A stretch of 64,000 nt of DNA from assembly GCA_051531975.1 (NCBI GenBank), contig JAOPTT010000013.1, forward strand, positions 162,530-226,529, read 5' to 3'. Each line of letters begins with the position of its first letter. Positions within the stretch are counted from its first letter, which is position 1. The notes beneath the pieces were generated by a model. It made no database searches, was not told the origin of the DNA, and saw only the letters and a program-made list of their open reading frames with translations. Origin of the DNA: Spirochaetaceae bacterium (lineage in GTDB: Bacteria > Spirochaetota > Spirochaetia > DSM-2461). Positions 20,475 to 29,634 of this stretch are shown piece by piece. The translations under genes were made by a program, and so were the position numbers.

Positions 20475-21517
20475 TGAAGAAAATACAAGTTAATCGTTTA
20501 GGCATATTGTCTAATCTAAAAAAAATACAGACATTGTGTAAAAATAATGGATGTGAACTTGTTCCTGTTACAAAACTTGTACATTCATATCAAGAGATGT
20601 TATCGGAGCTTATAAATGGTGATATAAAAATGATTGCTGAAGTTAACTTGGATTCAATTAAACAGATTGAACTACCTGTAAAAAAGATGTTATTAAAAAC
20701 ATCTCCATCTGCTATTAGAGATATCCTATTAAATTGTGATGTTGCTTTAGTTTCTGAATTAGATGTTCTAAGAGAAATTAACAAATATGCAAAATCAAGA
20801 TATCTGGATATTATTGTTCCCATAGAACTTGGCGATTTAAGAGAGGGTATTTATCCAAATGAAGTTGTCGATTTTTTTAGAGAAGCTTTAAAGTTAGTTA
20901 ACCTTAACATAGTTGGCTTTTCAGTTAATTTTGGATGCCTCGCTGGAAAATTACCAGATGATGAGTCTTTACTAGAGATTCAAGAGATTAAAAAGAACTT
21001 AATAGAAGAACTAAATTATACTCCTCAAGTTGTTTCTTTAGGTGGAACAGTTATTATTGATATGTTAAAAGAGGGTAAATTAAAAGGTATTGCTAATCAG
21101 GTTAGAATCGGAGAAGCCATCTACTTCGGATATAATACTTCTGGTGGAGCCTATATTGAAGGTTTAGAGCAGAATAACTTTATATTTCAGGCAGAAATAA
21201 TAGAAGTAAAAGAGAAAGAAGTTTTAAATAAAGGTAAAATGGGTCTCAATGCATTTGGGGAATCTTTTAAGTCAAATAAAAGTGGAATTAGGAAAAGAGC
21301 AGTTCTCAACTTTGGTTCCTTAACAGTACCTCCATATGGAATAATACCAGTGGATTCTTCAGTTCAACTTGAAGGTATGACCCATGATCTTTCTGTATTC
21401 GATATTACCAATTCAACATATCCATATAAACCAGGATCAATAATGGAGTTTCGTTTGAATTATTCTGGGGCGGCTCAAGCATTTTTAAATAAGCATATTG
21501 CTATTATAATAAATTAA
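20471..21517 (+). CDS. Alanine/ornithine racemase family PLP enzyme (Orr/YhfX-like)
   Basis: VPVTK (PLP Lys), SEL, ELGDLREG, NFGC, SLGGT, RIGEAI; GTGA overlap with the upstream stop. Confidence 0.85.
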   Translation: MMKKIQVNRLGILSNLKKIQTLCKNNGCELVPVTKLVHSYQEMLSELINGDIKMIAEVNLDSIKQIELPVKKMLLKTSPSAIRDILLNCDVALVSELDVLREINKYAKSRYLDIIVPIELGDLREGIYPNEVVDFFREALKLVNLNIVGFSVNFGCLAGKLPDDESLLEIQEIKKNLIEELNYTPQVVSLGGTVIIDMLKEGKLKGIANQVRIGEAIYFGYNTSGGAYIEGLEQNNFIFQAEIIEVKEKEVLNKGKMGLNAFGESFKSNKSGIRKRAVLNFGSLTVPPYGIIPVDSSVQLEGMTHDLSVFDITNSTYPYKPGSIMEFRLNYSGAAQAFLNKHIAIIIN

Positions 21518-21578
21518 AAGTAGTAGTTTTATATAAATATAAGCTAAAATAAGTATAATATTCCTTGGGGGTTTAACC

Positions 21579-22862
21579 ATGACAAAGAAGACAGTATTCA
21601 TGATAGTTGCTATATCATTAGCTCTATTTTCATGCCAGAACAAAACAAAAGAAGATAATATCGAAGAAACACGTGTTTACCATAAAGCTGAAGCTACAGA
21701 TCTATTAAATAGTGGAGCTGTAGCAGATACTGCAGATTATACTGCTTTCCTTAAATCAAATAAGGAAAAATTTAAAATAGCAGTATTCCAAAGTGGTAAA
21801 TATTTCTCATATACTGATGTATTTGAAGGTATTCTTCAGGGAATGGTTACTTTAGGGTGGATAAATGATGTACCACCTCTTCTGAAAGACTACTCATACG
21901 ACTCTTATGAAGACGGTAAAACGATATATAATATAATTCAGGAATTAAACAAAACTGATTATAGTGATTATGTAGAAATTTCTACTGAACTGTTTTTTGA
22001 TCTAAATTTTACAGATGATAATGTAAATACTCCTGAATTTGAAAAAATGACTGAAGCTGATTCAAATATAGATCTAATTATATGTCTTGGAACCCAGATG
22101 AGTAAAATTCTTTCAGATTTTACAAATCTTAAGATTCCTGTTTTAGTTGACTCCATTTCAGATCCTGTAGGTTCTGAAATATTAAATAGTATTGATGATT
22201 CAGGGCGAGATTTCTTAACTGGAATTGTTGACCCAGAGCAGGACTTAAGACAACTTAAACTTTTTCATAGTGTTATTCAATTTAAAACTCTTGGTATACT
22301 TTACGAAGATACTGATATTGGAAGATCCTATGGTGCTGTTGATGATGTTTATTCAGTTGCTAATGAAAATGGATTTAAAGTTATTGCAAATAATAATGTT
22401 CTTCCAGACCCTATAGATGATGATGATGATGATGCATGGGAAGATTGTGAAGCCCAATATATCGTAGCCTTAGAAGAACTTTGCCAAAGTTTATCAGAAT
22501 ATGATCGTAAAGATGTTGGGATCTATTTAGCGGTTCAAAGTGGTCTATCAGAGTATAGTCTTGAAGGTATTGTCGAAGTATTAAATAAATATAAAATTGC
22601 ATCCTTTGTTATGGAAGGAAAAGGCTTTGTTGAAGAAGGAGTTCTATTAGGAGAATCTGATAGTAACTTATTATCTAAAGGAATCTTTAATAGCAAAAAA
22701 ATTGTTAATATTTTTAGAGGAACAAAGCCTCGGGAATTAAATCAGAAATATGAACATGTCCCTCATATAGCAATTAACTTAGATACTGCAAATCATATTG
22801 GTTATGATGTAACTATTGATATTTTATCTAGTGCCGATCAGATATATAAAAAGGAGCAGTAG
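21579..22862 (+). CDS. Substrate-binding lipoprotein (ABC_sub_bind-like)
   Basis: Lipobox LFSC; LIICLGT, SISDPVGS, FKTLGILYE, IAINLDTANHIG. Confidence 0.8.
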   Translation: MTKKTVFMIVAISLALFSCQNKTKEDNIEETRVYHKAEATDLLNSGAVADTADYTAFLKSNKEKFKIAVFQSGKYFSYTDVFEGILQGMVTLGWINDVPPLLKDYSYDSYEDGKTIYNIIQELNKTDYSDYVEISTELFFDLNFTDDNVNTPEFEKMTEADSNIDLIICLGTQMSKILSDFTNLKIPVLVDSISDPVGSEILNSIDDSGRDFLTGIVDPEQDLRQLKLFHSVIQFKTLGILYEDTDIGRSYGAVDDVYSVANENGFKVIANNNVLPDPIDDDDDDAWEDCEAQYIVALEELCQSLSEYDRKDVGIYLAVQSGLSEYSLEGIVEVLNKYKIASFVMEGKGFVEEGVLLGESDSNLLSKGIFNSKKIVNIFRGTKPRELNQKYEHVPHIAINLDTANHIGYDVTIDILSSADQIYKKEQ

Positions 22863-22863
22863 T

Positions 22864-25311
22864 ATGAGAAACAATGTAAAACTTTTAGCAACTGTTACTA
22901 TATCGCTAATAATAATTGCTCAGCTTTTAAATACAGCACTAACACTTTCTGGTTTTGAAGAAACATATACTCAGTCATTTCAAACTAAGTATGAAAACCT
23001 ATCTCAGACATTTAAATCAAGTGTTGAAAGAGATGTAAACCTTGGTAAAAATATATACCTCTTAAATAATGTGGCACCCACAATTTTTAACGAGATCAAA
23101 TCAGACGATTTATCTATAAAAAATCTGTACATATTAGATCAAAATAGACTTATTAGTTTTTCTTCAGATACTGAAGCTGTAGAGATGATACTTGGGGATG
23201 AAAGTTTTCCTGTTTACAAAGATAATCCTTCAACCTATGATTTATTAAAAACCAATGTTGTAGACTATAAAAAATCAAAGTTCTTTATTAGTCCTGTATA
23301 TTACAATAATGTATCTTTTCGGGGATATACAGTTATCGAATTTGAGAAAAATATTATAAACCAATATATCTTTCAACTTTTTATAGGAAGTCTACCAGTA
23401 TCTGGTCTTATTCTTGTTGGCGCTTTAATATTATTAATTATATTCCTTAGTTTAGCACGAAATACTTTTAGAGAAGATTCAACATACAAAAAAAGAACAT
23501 TTGTAAGCTCTTTAATAATTCTTTCTACTATTTTGATTGTTCAGTTAACATATACTTTTTACAATCAGTCTTATTATAGGACCTCTTATCTAAAAACGTA
23601 TAACGATACTGTAACAAACCTTGAAAGTTATGTAGAGGATGAGTTTGAATTTGTATTGGGTCTTGGTCTTCCATTAGAAAGCATTAAAGATGCAGAGTTT
23701 GAGCTTCAGAGAAATTTTCTATCATATGAGATGGTAGATCAGATGTTAATTACTGATAAAGATGGAAATATCTTTTATTCAGTATACGGTGATATTGCAT
23801 ATTCATCTTTTGTCCATGGAAGTGATCATGAAGGTGCAGGAAATATAAAACTAATATCAGACGAATTTAATAGACTTGTATCTTTAGAGGTAGATGGTGA
23901 ATTAAAAGGTTATTTACAAATAAAGTTAGATTCCAAAGCAGTAAATAAAGCACTGTTTGATATTCTTTTGGATGCTTTAACTATTTTAGTTGTAATCTTT
24001 GTATTTACTTATGAATTGATTAGGTTATTCCTCATTTCAATGCCAGATAAAAAAGATAAAGTTGAGCACAAGGAAGTTACAGAACAGAAAAGTTTACAAG
24101 TTATTCGAATATCATCTTTTCTATTTTTCTTTGCAGCTTTAATTCCAATATCATTTTTACCTGATTTTATAAAACAAATATATGCTAATGATTCCATTAA
24201 TATTTTTAATCTAGGACGGGATACGATTATCAGTTTACCGATTTCTGCATACATGTTAGGTGTCGCTGTATTTATCCCTATAGTTGGTTTTTTATCTACT
24301 AAAGTAAAACTTAAGAAAATATTTCAGATTTCAATCACTCTTTTTATTGTTGGAACACTGTTAACAGCATTTTCAAGTAATATTATTATGTTAATAGTCT
24401 CAAGGTTTATTGCAGGTGCAGGTTATGGAGGTGTTATCATAAATGCTACATCCCTAGTTATGTCTAGTACTACAAGTAAAAATAGAGCTTTAGGTTTTGG
24501 TTTTTGGGCAGCTGGTTTTGCTAGTGCAAGTATAACTGCTATCGCGATTGGTGGAGTTATTGTAAATAAACTTGGATTTGAGGCAGGTTTGTTTCTTTCC
24601 ATAGCCTTCTCAATAATATTTATTTTAGTTGTTCAGAAAACAGTTAAAGATTCAAAGCAAACTGTTAAAAAAGAATCAACAATGTCTGATCTGGTTATTA
24701 TATTTAAAAACCCAAGCTTAGTTGCGAACTTATTATTCTCCAGTATTCCTTTTTCTTTAGCATATATTGGTCTGTTTCAATATGTCTTCCCTTTATACAT
24801 GAGTGATAAAGGTATTTCACACAGTAATATAGGTCGTGTATTAACTGTTTACGGTTTAATAAGCTTATTAACACCATTAATCTCCAAAATTGCTGACAAA
24901 ACTAAAAAAGAGAAAAACCTAATCATGATTGGTAATACTATAACTGGTTTGGCTCTGATTTCTTTTTATGTTTTAAATAAATATTTTGTAGATCTTCCTG
25001 CAATATTAATACTTATTCCAGCATTAATTGGTATGGGTTTTGGTGGTTCTATAATTGATGCAGTTGAGGAAGTTTTTATCACATCGACACCAGAAGCACA
25101 GGATATAGGTGAAACAAGGTTATTAAGTCTCTATACTACTTATGACAAAATGATTTCGGTAGTTGTACCAATATTAGCAGGAGTTCTTGTTTCTGTATTT
25201 GGTTATTATACCAGTATCGGAATGATTGGACTGTTTACATTTTTAGGTGTATTTGTCTTTGCAATAATGAGCAGAAATTTTAAAAAAAATACCGGAGAAG
25301 TTAATGCCTAA
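22864..25311 (+). CDS. MFS transporter with N-terminal duplicated extracytoplasmic sensor-like domains
   Basis: C-terminal ~400 aa is a 12-TM MFS (SRFIAGAGYG, KIADK). N-terminal ~420 aa alternates TM and soluble domains. ATG at 22864 follows SD AAGGAG. Confidence 0.8.
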   Translation: MRNNVKLLATVTISLIIIAQLLNTALTLSGFEETYTQSFQTKYENLSQTFKSSVERDVNLGKNIYLLNNVAPTIFNEIKSDDLSIKNLYILDQNRLISFSSDTEAVEMILGDESFPVYKDNPSTYDLLKTNVVDYKKSKFFISPVYYNNVSFRGYTVIEFEKNIINQYIFQLFIGSLPVSGLILVGALILLIIFLSLARNTFREDSTYKKRTFVSSLIILSTILIVQLTYTFYNQSYYRTSYLKTYNDTVTNLESYVEDEFEFVLGLGLPLESIKDAEFELQRNFLSYEMVDQMLITDKDGNIFYSVYGDIAYSSFVHGSDHEGAGNIKLISDEFNRLVSLEVDGELKGYLQIKLDSKAVNKALFDILLDALTILVVIFVFTYELIRLFLISMPDKKDKVEHKEVTEQKSLQVIRISSFLFFFAALIPISFLPDFIKQIYANDSINIFNLGRDTIISLPISAYMLGVAVFIPIVGFLSTKVKLKKIFQISITLFIVGTLLTAFSSNIIMLIVSRFIAGAGYGGVIINATSLVMSSTTSKNRALGFGFWAAGFASASITAIAIGGVIVNKLGFEAGLFLSIAFSIIFILVVQKTVKDSKQTVKKESTMSDLVIIFKNPSLVANLLFSSIPFSLAYIGLFQYVFPLYMSDKGISHSNIGRVLTVYGLISLLTPLISKIADKTKKEKNLIMIGNTITGLALISFYVLNKYFVDLPAILILIPALIGMGFGGSIIDAVEEVFITSTPEAQDIGETRLLSLYTTYDKMISVVVPILAGVLVSVFGYYTSIGMIGLFTFLGVFVFAIMSRNFKKNTGEVNA

Positions 25312-26407
25312 AAAAAAGTTATTATATATATGTGGTGGAGATGCTATAGAGCATATTCATTCGGTAAGAGCAATGCTTTTTCTTGCATCAGAAAGTAATA
25401 CAGAAAAATATGACTTACAGTTCTTATATTTAGATGAAAAGGGAAAAATCTCAGGAAAACACAAAACAAGAGATTATTTTGTAAATCGAATAAATGAGTG
25501 GTCTGAGACATGGAATGAAAAACCTAGTGACGATTTCAGACAATTACTTTTTGATGGTACTGAATATTTAGGTGATGATGATGGTATACAAAATCTATCA
25601 AATCTATTCCAAGATAATTCTCCTGATGTTGCGTTTCCTATATTTCATGGGCAGCAAGGAGAAGATGGTCTATTCCAGGGGTTACTTGATATATTAAAGA
25701 TTCCATATATCGGTTCAGGTGTTAGTGGCTCAGTTATTGGTAACGATAAAGACTTTAACTCCAGGCTATGTGCTTCCTATGGCATTAAAGTTCCAGCTTA
25801 TCGCACTATTACAAAATATGACTGGAATGATGATCAATTAGGTTCTATCAAAAAAATTGAAACAGCAATAACCTATCCAATTTTTGTTAAACCTTGTTGT
25901 TTAGGTTCTTCTATGGGTATATCTAAGGTATATAAAAAAGAAGAATTAATAGAAGCTGTAAGTAAAAGTTTTACTTATGGTGATAAACTACTCTTAGAAG
26001 AACATCAGGATGGCAGAGAAATTGGAATTGGGATAATAGGACATGATGAGGTTAATTTTAGTGTCCCTGTAGAATTTTTCTCAGTAAATGACTTTTTTGA
26101 TTATGATGCAAAATATGGAGAAAAAGCTCTTCCTGTAGAAATTCCAGCAAATATTTCTGATGAAATACTAAATAAATTAAAAGAAAATGCACACAAAGTC
26201 TATAGAGCATTAGGCTTGTCTGGAATGGCTCGATTAGACTTTTTTCTTCATGATGGGGAGTTAGTTTATAATGAGTGTAATACTGTTCCTGGATTTGGAG
26301 TTCAAAGTGTGTTTAATCAAATGTGGAAAGAAACAGGATTAACAACAGCTCAATTCATTGATCAATTAGTTTTGTTTTCAGAAGAAAAACATAATGTACA
26401 AATATAA
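25304..26407 (+). CDS. D-Ala-D-Ala ligase family ATP-grasp enzyme
   Basis: GG...EH, FHGQQGEDG, FVKP..LGSS.G, DYDAKY, ARLDFF, NECNTVPG. Confidence 0.9.
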   Translation: MPKKKLLYICGGDAIEHIHSVRAMLFLASESNTEKYDLQFLYLDEKGKISGKHKTRDYFVNRINEWSETWNEKPSDDFRQLLFDGTEYLGDDDGIQNLSNLFQDNSPDVAFPIFHGQQGEDGLFQGLLDILKIPYIGSGVSGSVIGNDKDFNSRLCASYGIKVPAYRTITKYDWNDDQLGSIKKIETAITYPIFVKPCCLGSSMGISKVYKKEELIEAVSKSFTYGDKLLLEEHQDGREIGIGIIGHDEVNFSVPVEFFSVNDFFDYDAKYGEKALPVEIPANISDEILNKLKENAHKVYRALGLSGMARLDFFLHDGELVYNECNTVPGFGVQSVFNQMWKETGLTTAQFIDQLVLFSEEKHNVQI

Positions 26408-26449
26408 AGTACATATATTAAAAGAGTAACAATATTTAAGGAGTTTGAT

Positions 26450-28465
26450 ATGACTAAAAACAGCTTGAAAAGTAGACTTAGAGGGGCCTTTCTTTTAATT
26501 ACGATACTCTCTATAAGTTTAACTATATTATTTTCTCTTGTTTACTTTTATATTGCAGTTCGAAATGAAACTATAAAAACAATGGAAACTAAGATAAATA
26601 TCGCTCAGGAGCTTATTTATGAAGGGAAGAAAGAAAATGTAGATTCATTTACTAGAACTCTTTCCTCAAATAACTTATTAAAAGTTACTGTAGATCTAGA
26701 TATTCGAAATAAAATAAATGAATATTTAATTGATGTAATTAATACTGAAAAAAAATATCATATCACAGTATTTGACTCCGACTTTAATAAAATGGCTGTT
26801 GTTGGTCTGGGGGGTAGTGTCCTCGCGGAAAATCCTGAGATCTCTCAGTTAAAATTAAACCCATTTGCAGTTGCAGCCTTAAAGGGTGATTCATTAACAT
26901 CCACTGAGATGTTATTTACATCAACTGGACAAAGATTATTATCTATTACATCTGCGTATCCTGTTGAAAGAAATGGAGTTGCTGGTGGAATATTGGTTCG
27001 TTACATTTTAAACGATAATTATGAAATTGTTGATAAAATAAAAGAAGAATTAGAAGTGGATGCACAAATATTTATAGGCTCCAATTCTATTAGTTCAACC
27101 ACCGAGTCAGTTAATAGTGATCTGATTCTTACCGGTTTAACTAGGATTGAGAACTTTGAGGATTATGATAACTTTGCAATATCAAAACTCTGGTTTGGAA
27201 AACAATTTGGGCAATTTGTAGCATTATCAAACCCTAATGGTCAGTCCATTGGTGTTTTAGGTATTAGTATATCATCTGATAAATATATGAAGACTTTTTT
27301 AAACGCACTATTCTTTTATTTTTTGATTTTGATAGCACTTTTTGGTTTTGGGTTGTTATTTATCATTTCTATTTCAAATAGTATTATTCATCCTATAAAT
27401 GGTTTATTAGATGGAGTAAATAAAATTACCGAAGGTGATTTAAGTCATGAGATAAAAATAAGTTTTATGGAAGAAATAGGGCGGCTATCAAAAGCGTTTA
27501 ACGAAATGCGTGAAACATTAAAAGAAAAAATTGGTACCATTCAGGATATGAATTCAAGTCTTGAAGGAACTATTAAAAAGAGAACAGAGACTATTGAAAC
27601 CCTGTTAAATACTATGAGACGTTATCTACCTTCTCAGCTATATAATGCGATGTCAGACAAGGAGTTTAACGGAGATACACGTTTTCATTATCGTAAAAAA
27701 CTTACAGTATTCTTCTCTGATATTGTTAGCTTCACTTCCACAACAGAAAAACTTGAACCAGAAGACTTATCAGAACTTCTTAATCAATATTTAGATAATA
27801 TGTCTAAAATTGCTGCGAAGTGGGGAGGTACCATCGATAAGTTTATAGGTGATGCTATAATGGTATTTTTTGGTGATCCTGAATTTACTAATGATCGAGA
27901 TCATGCCCTAAGAGCTGTTCGAATGAGTATGGAAATGATTGTCTGCATGGATGAATTAAGAGATGTATGGAAAAATTTAGGGGTAGAGAAACCTCTTCAT
28001 ATAAGAATGGGAATTAATACGGGTTATTGTACTGTTGGTAACTTTGGTAGTGAGGATCGAATGGATTATACCATAATTGGTGGAAACGTTAATCTTGCCT
28101 CTCGATTTGAAACAGCTGCAGCACCAGATACTATTTTAATAAGCCATGAAACATATGCTTTAATAAAAGATGAAATAAATTGTGAGAAAATTTCAGAATT
28201 GACACTAAAAGGTTTTGATCAAGCTATAAAAGCATATAGAGTTCTAGGTGAAAAAACTCAAAAAACAAAAATGAAATTACTTTCCATTAATGAAAATGGG
28301 CTGAAGATAAAGAATTTTAATTTTAATCAAAAAGAACTTGAACAAGATGATCGAGTAGAACTAATTCGAAATCTTAATCTAGCTCTTAATTATGCTAAAG
28401 GAGAAATCTCTAGTGTATATGATGAGAATAACGATGTGTGGAAATTTGTAAGAAATACTAAATAG
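26450..28465 (+). CDS. Membrane class III adenylate cyclase (Cache-like sensor, HAMP)
   Basis: 2 TM, HAMP (EEIGRLSKAFNEM), FSDIVSFT, IDKFIGDA, RMDYT..GGNVNLASR; Lys/Asp pair indicates ATP specificity. Confidence 0.92.
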   Translation: MTKNSLKSRLRGAFLLITILSISLTILFSLVYFYIAVRNETIKTMETKINIAQELIYEGKKENVDSFTRTLSSNNLLKVTVDLDIRNKINEYLIDVINTEKKYHITVFDSDFNKMAVVGLGGSVLAENPEISQLKLNPFAVAALKGDSLTSTEMLFTSTGQRLLSITSAYPVERNGVAGGILVRYILNDNYEIVDKIKEELEVDAQIFIGSNSISSTTESVNSDLILTGLTRIENFEDYDNFAISKLWFGKQFGQFVALSNPNGQSIGVLGISISSDKYMKTFLNALFFYFLILIALFGFGLLFIISISNSIIHPINGLLDGVNKITEGDLSHEIKISFMEEIGRLSKAFNEMRETLKEKIGTIQDMNSSLEGTIKKRTETIETLLNTMRRYLPSQLYNAMSDKEFNGDTRFHYRKKLTVFFSDIVSFTSTTEKLEPEDLSELLNQYLDNMSKIAAKWGGTIDKFIGDAIMVFFGDPEFTNDRDHALRAVRMSMEMIVCMDELRDVWKNLGVEKPLHIRMGINTGYCTVGNFGSEDRMDYTIIGGNVNLASRFETAAAPDTILISHETYALIKDEINCEKISELTLKGFDQAIKAYRVLGEKTQKTKMKLLSINENGLKIKNFNFNQKELEQDDRVELIRNLNLALNYAKGEISSVYDENNDVWKFVRNTK

Positions 28466-28516
28466 AACTAATCCTTAATATTAGAGTCTAATATTGCTAT
28501 TAAAAAGCATATAAAC

Positions 28517-28545
28517 TTGACGTAAATATTAAGTTCTCTTATCAT
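28517..28545 (+). promoter_or_regulatory. Sigma70-type promoter for the GAF-GGDEF gene
   Basis: TTGACG-17 bp-TATCAT. Confidence 0.6.
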
Positions 28546-28581
28546 TTAGTTACTCTAGAGTTAACTGTATAAAGGAATTTA

Positions 28582-29589
28582 ATGGATACTACTAAACAAA
28601 ACAGACTGTTTGCTAATATAGGAAAGTTAATTACATCCTCTTTAGATTCTACGTCCATTTTAGAAAGGATCATGAGCGAGGTTCAACTCTATTTTAATCC
28701 TCTACATTGGAGCCTTTTTAAGTTTGATCGGACTTCTAACTTATTATACTTTGCTATTTTTGAAGGTGCAGATGTTGAACAGGTGAAACATGTTAAACTT
28801 AAACCTGGAGAGGGTATTGCAGGAACAGTAGTAAGCAGTGGAAAATCAATATTTGTTAAAGATGCAGCTAAAGATTCTAGATTCTCAAATAAAGTAGACC
28901 TTTTAACAGGTTTTCAAACAGAATCAATTATTGCTGTACCTATTAAAATAAACAATGAAGTTTATGGTGTTATTGAAATTATTAACCATGAAAATCATGA
29001 CCTGTTTAGCGATGAAGATCATTTTATATTACAGAGCATTGCAGATTTTGCAGCAATTGCTTTTAAAAATAATTCAAGGTATGTGGAAGCAATAAAGAGA
29101 AGTGAGATTGATGCACTTACTGGCCTGTTTAATAAGAGTAAACTTACGGACTTAATTGAACATCATACTAAGAAAGAATATCCAACAAGGCGAGACCATG
29201 ATAATGATGCTGAAATTATTATCGTATTTATTGACCTAGATGAATTTAAGAGTATTAACGATACCTATGGGCATAGTGAGGGAGATGAAGTTTTAATGAA
29301 CTTAGCAATGAGACTTCGCTCTGTATTCAGAAGTGATGATCTTATTTTCAGAGTTGGCGGTGATGAGTTTCTAGTATATATTGAGATTGAGGACGCTAAT
29401 GAAGCAGATTTAATAATAAACCGAATCTCAAATTTACTCTCAACCCTAACGATCTCCTCTTTAACAAAAGAATACTCTGTTAGCCTATCATTTGGCATAA
29501 AATCAGGACAGGTTAGAAATATTGATAAAATTATTGATGATGCAGATCTGAAAATGTATGACTCTAAAAGAGGTCACGATAAAATTTAG
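28582..29589 (+). CDS. GAF-GGDEF diguanylate cyclase
   Basis: GAF (GEGIAG, DSRF, SIIAVPI); DALTGLFN, DLDEFKSINDTYGH, RSDD I-site, intact GGDEF. Confidence 0.93.
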   Translation: MDTTKQNRLFANIGKLITSSLDSTSILERIMSEVQLYFNPLHWSLFKFDRTSNLLYFAIFEGADVEQVKHVKLKPGEGIAGTVVSSGKSIFVKDAAKDSRFSNKVDLLTGFQTESIIAVPIKINNEVYGVIEIINHENHDLFSDEDHFILQSIADFAAIAFKNNSRYVEAIKRSEIDALTGLFNKSKLTDLIEHHTKKEYPTRRDHDNDAEIIIVFIDLDEFKSINDTYGHSEGDEVLMNLAMRLRSVFRSDDLIFRVGGDEFLVYIEIEDANEADLIINRISNLLSTLTISSLTKEYSVSLSFGIKSGQVRNIDKIIDDADLKMYDSKRGHDKI

Positions 29590-29605
29590 CCGCTGATATT
29601 AATAA

Positions 29606-29625
29606 GTGCAGTCCTAAGACTGCAC
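29606..29625. terminator. Hairpin between convergent DGC and pheT
   Basis: GTGCAGTC-CTAA-GACTGCAC perfect inverted repeat. Confidence 0.65.
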
Positions 29626-29634
29626 CTATAACTA

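Noticed and set aside
20471..26407. van glycopeptide-resistance cluster
   Set aside because: No VanH, VanX/Y or VanRS. The racemase is not VanT-type and the ligase keeps the omega-loop Tyr.
28582..29589. GAF-GGDEF gene as part of the six-gene cluster
   Set aside because: It is separated by 116 bp with its own sigma70-like promoter, so linkage is not supported, though not excluded.
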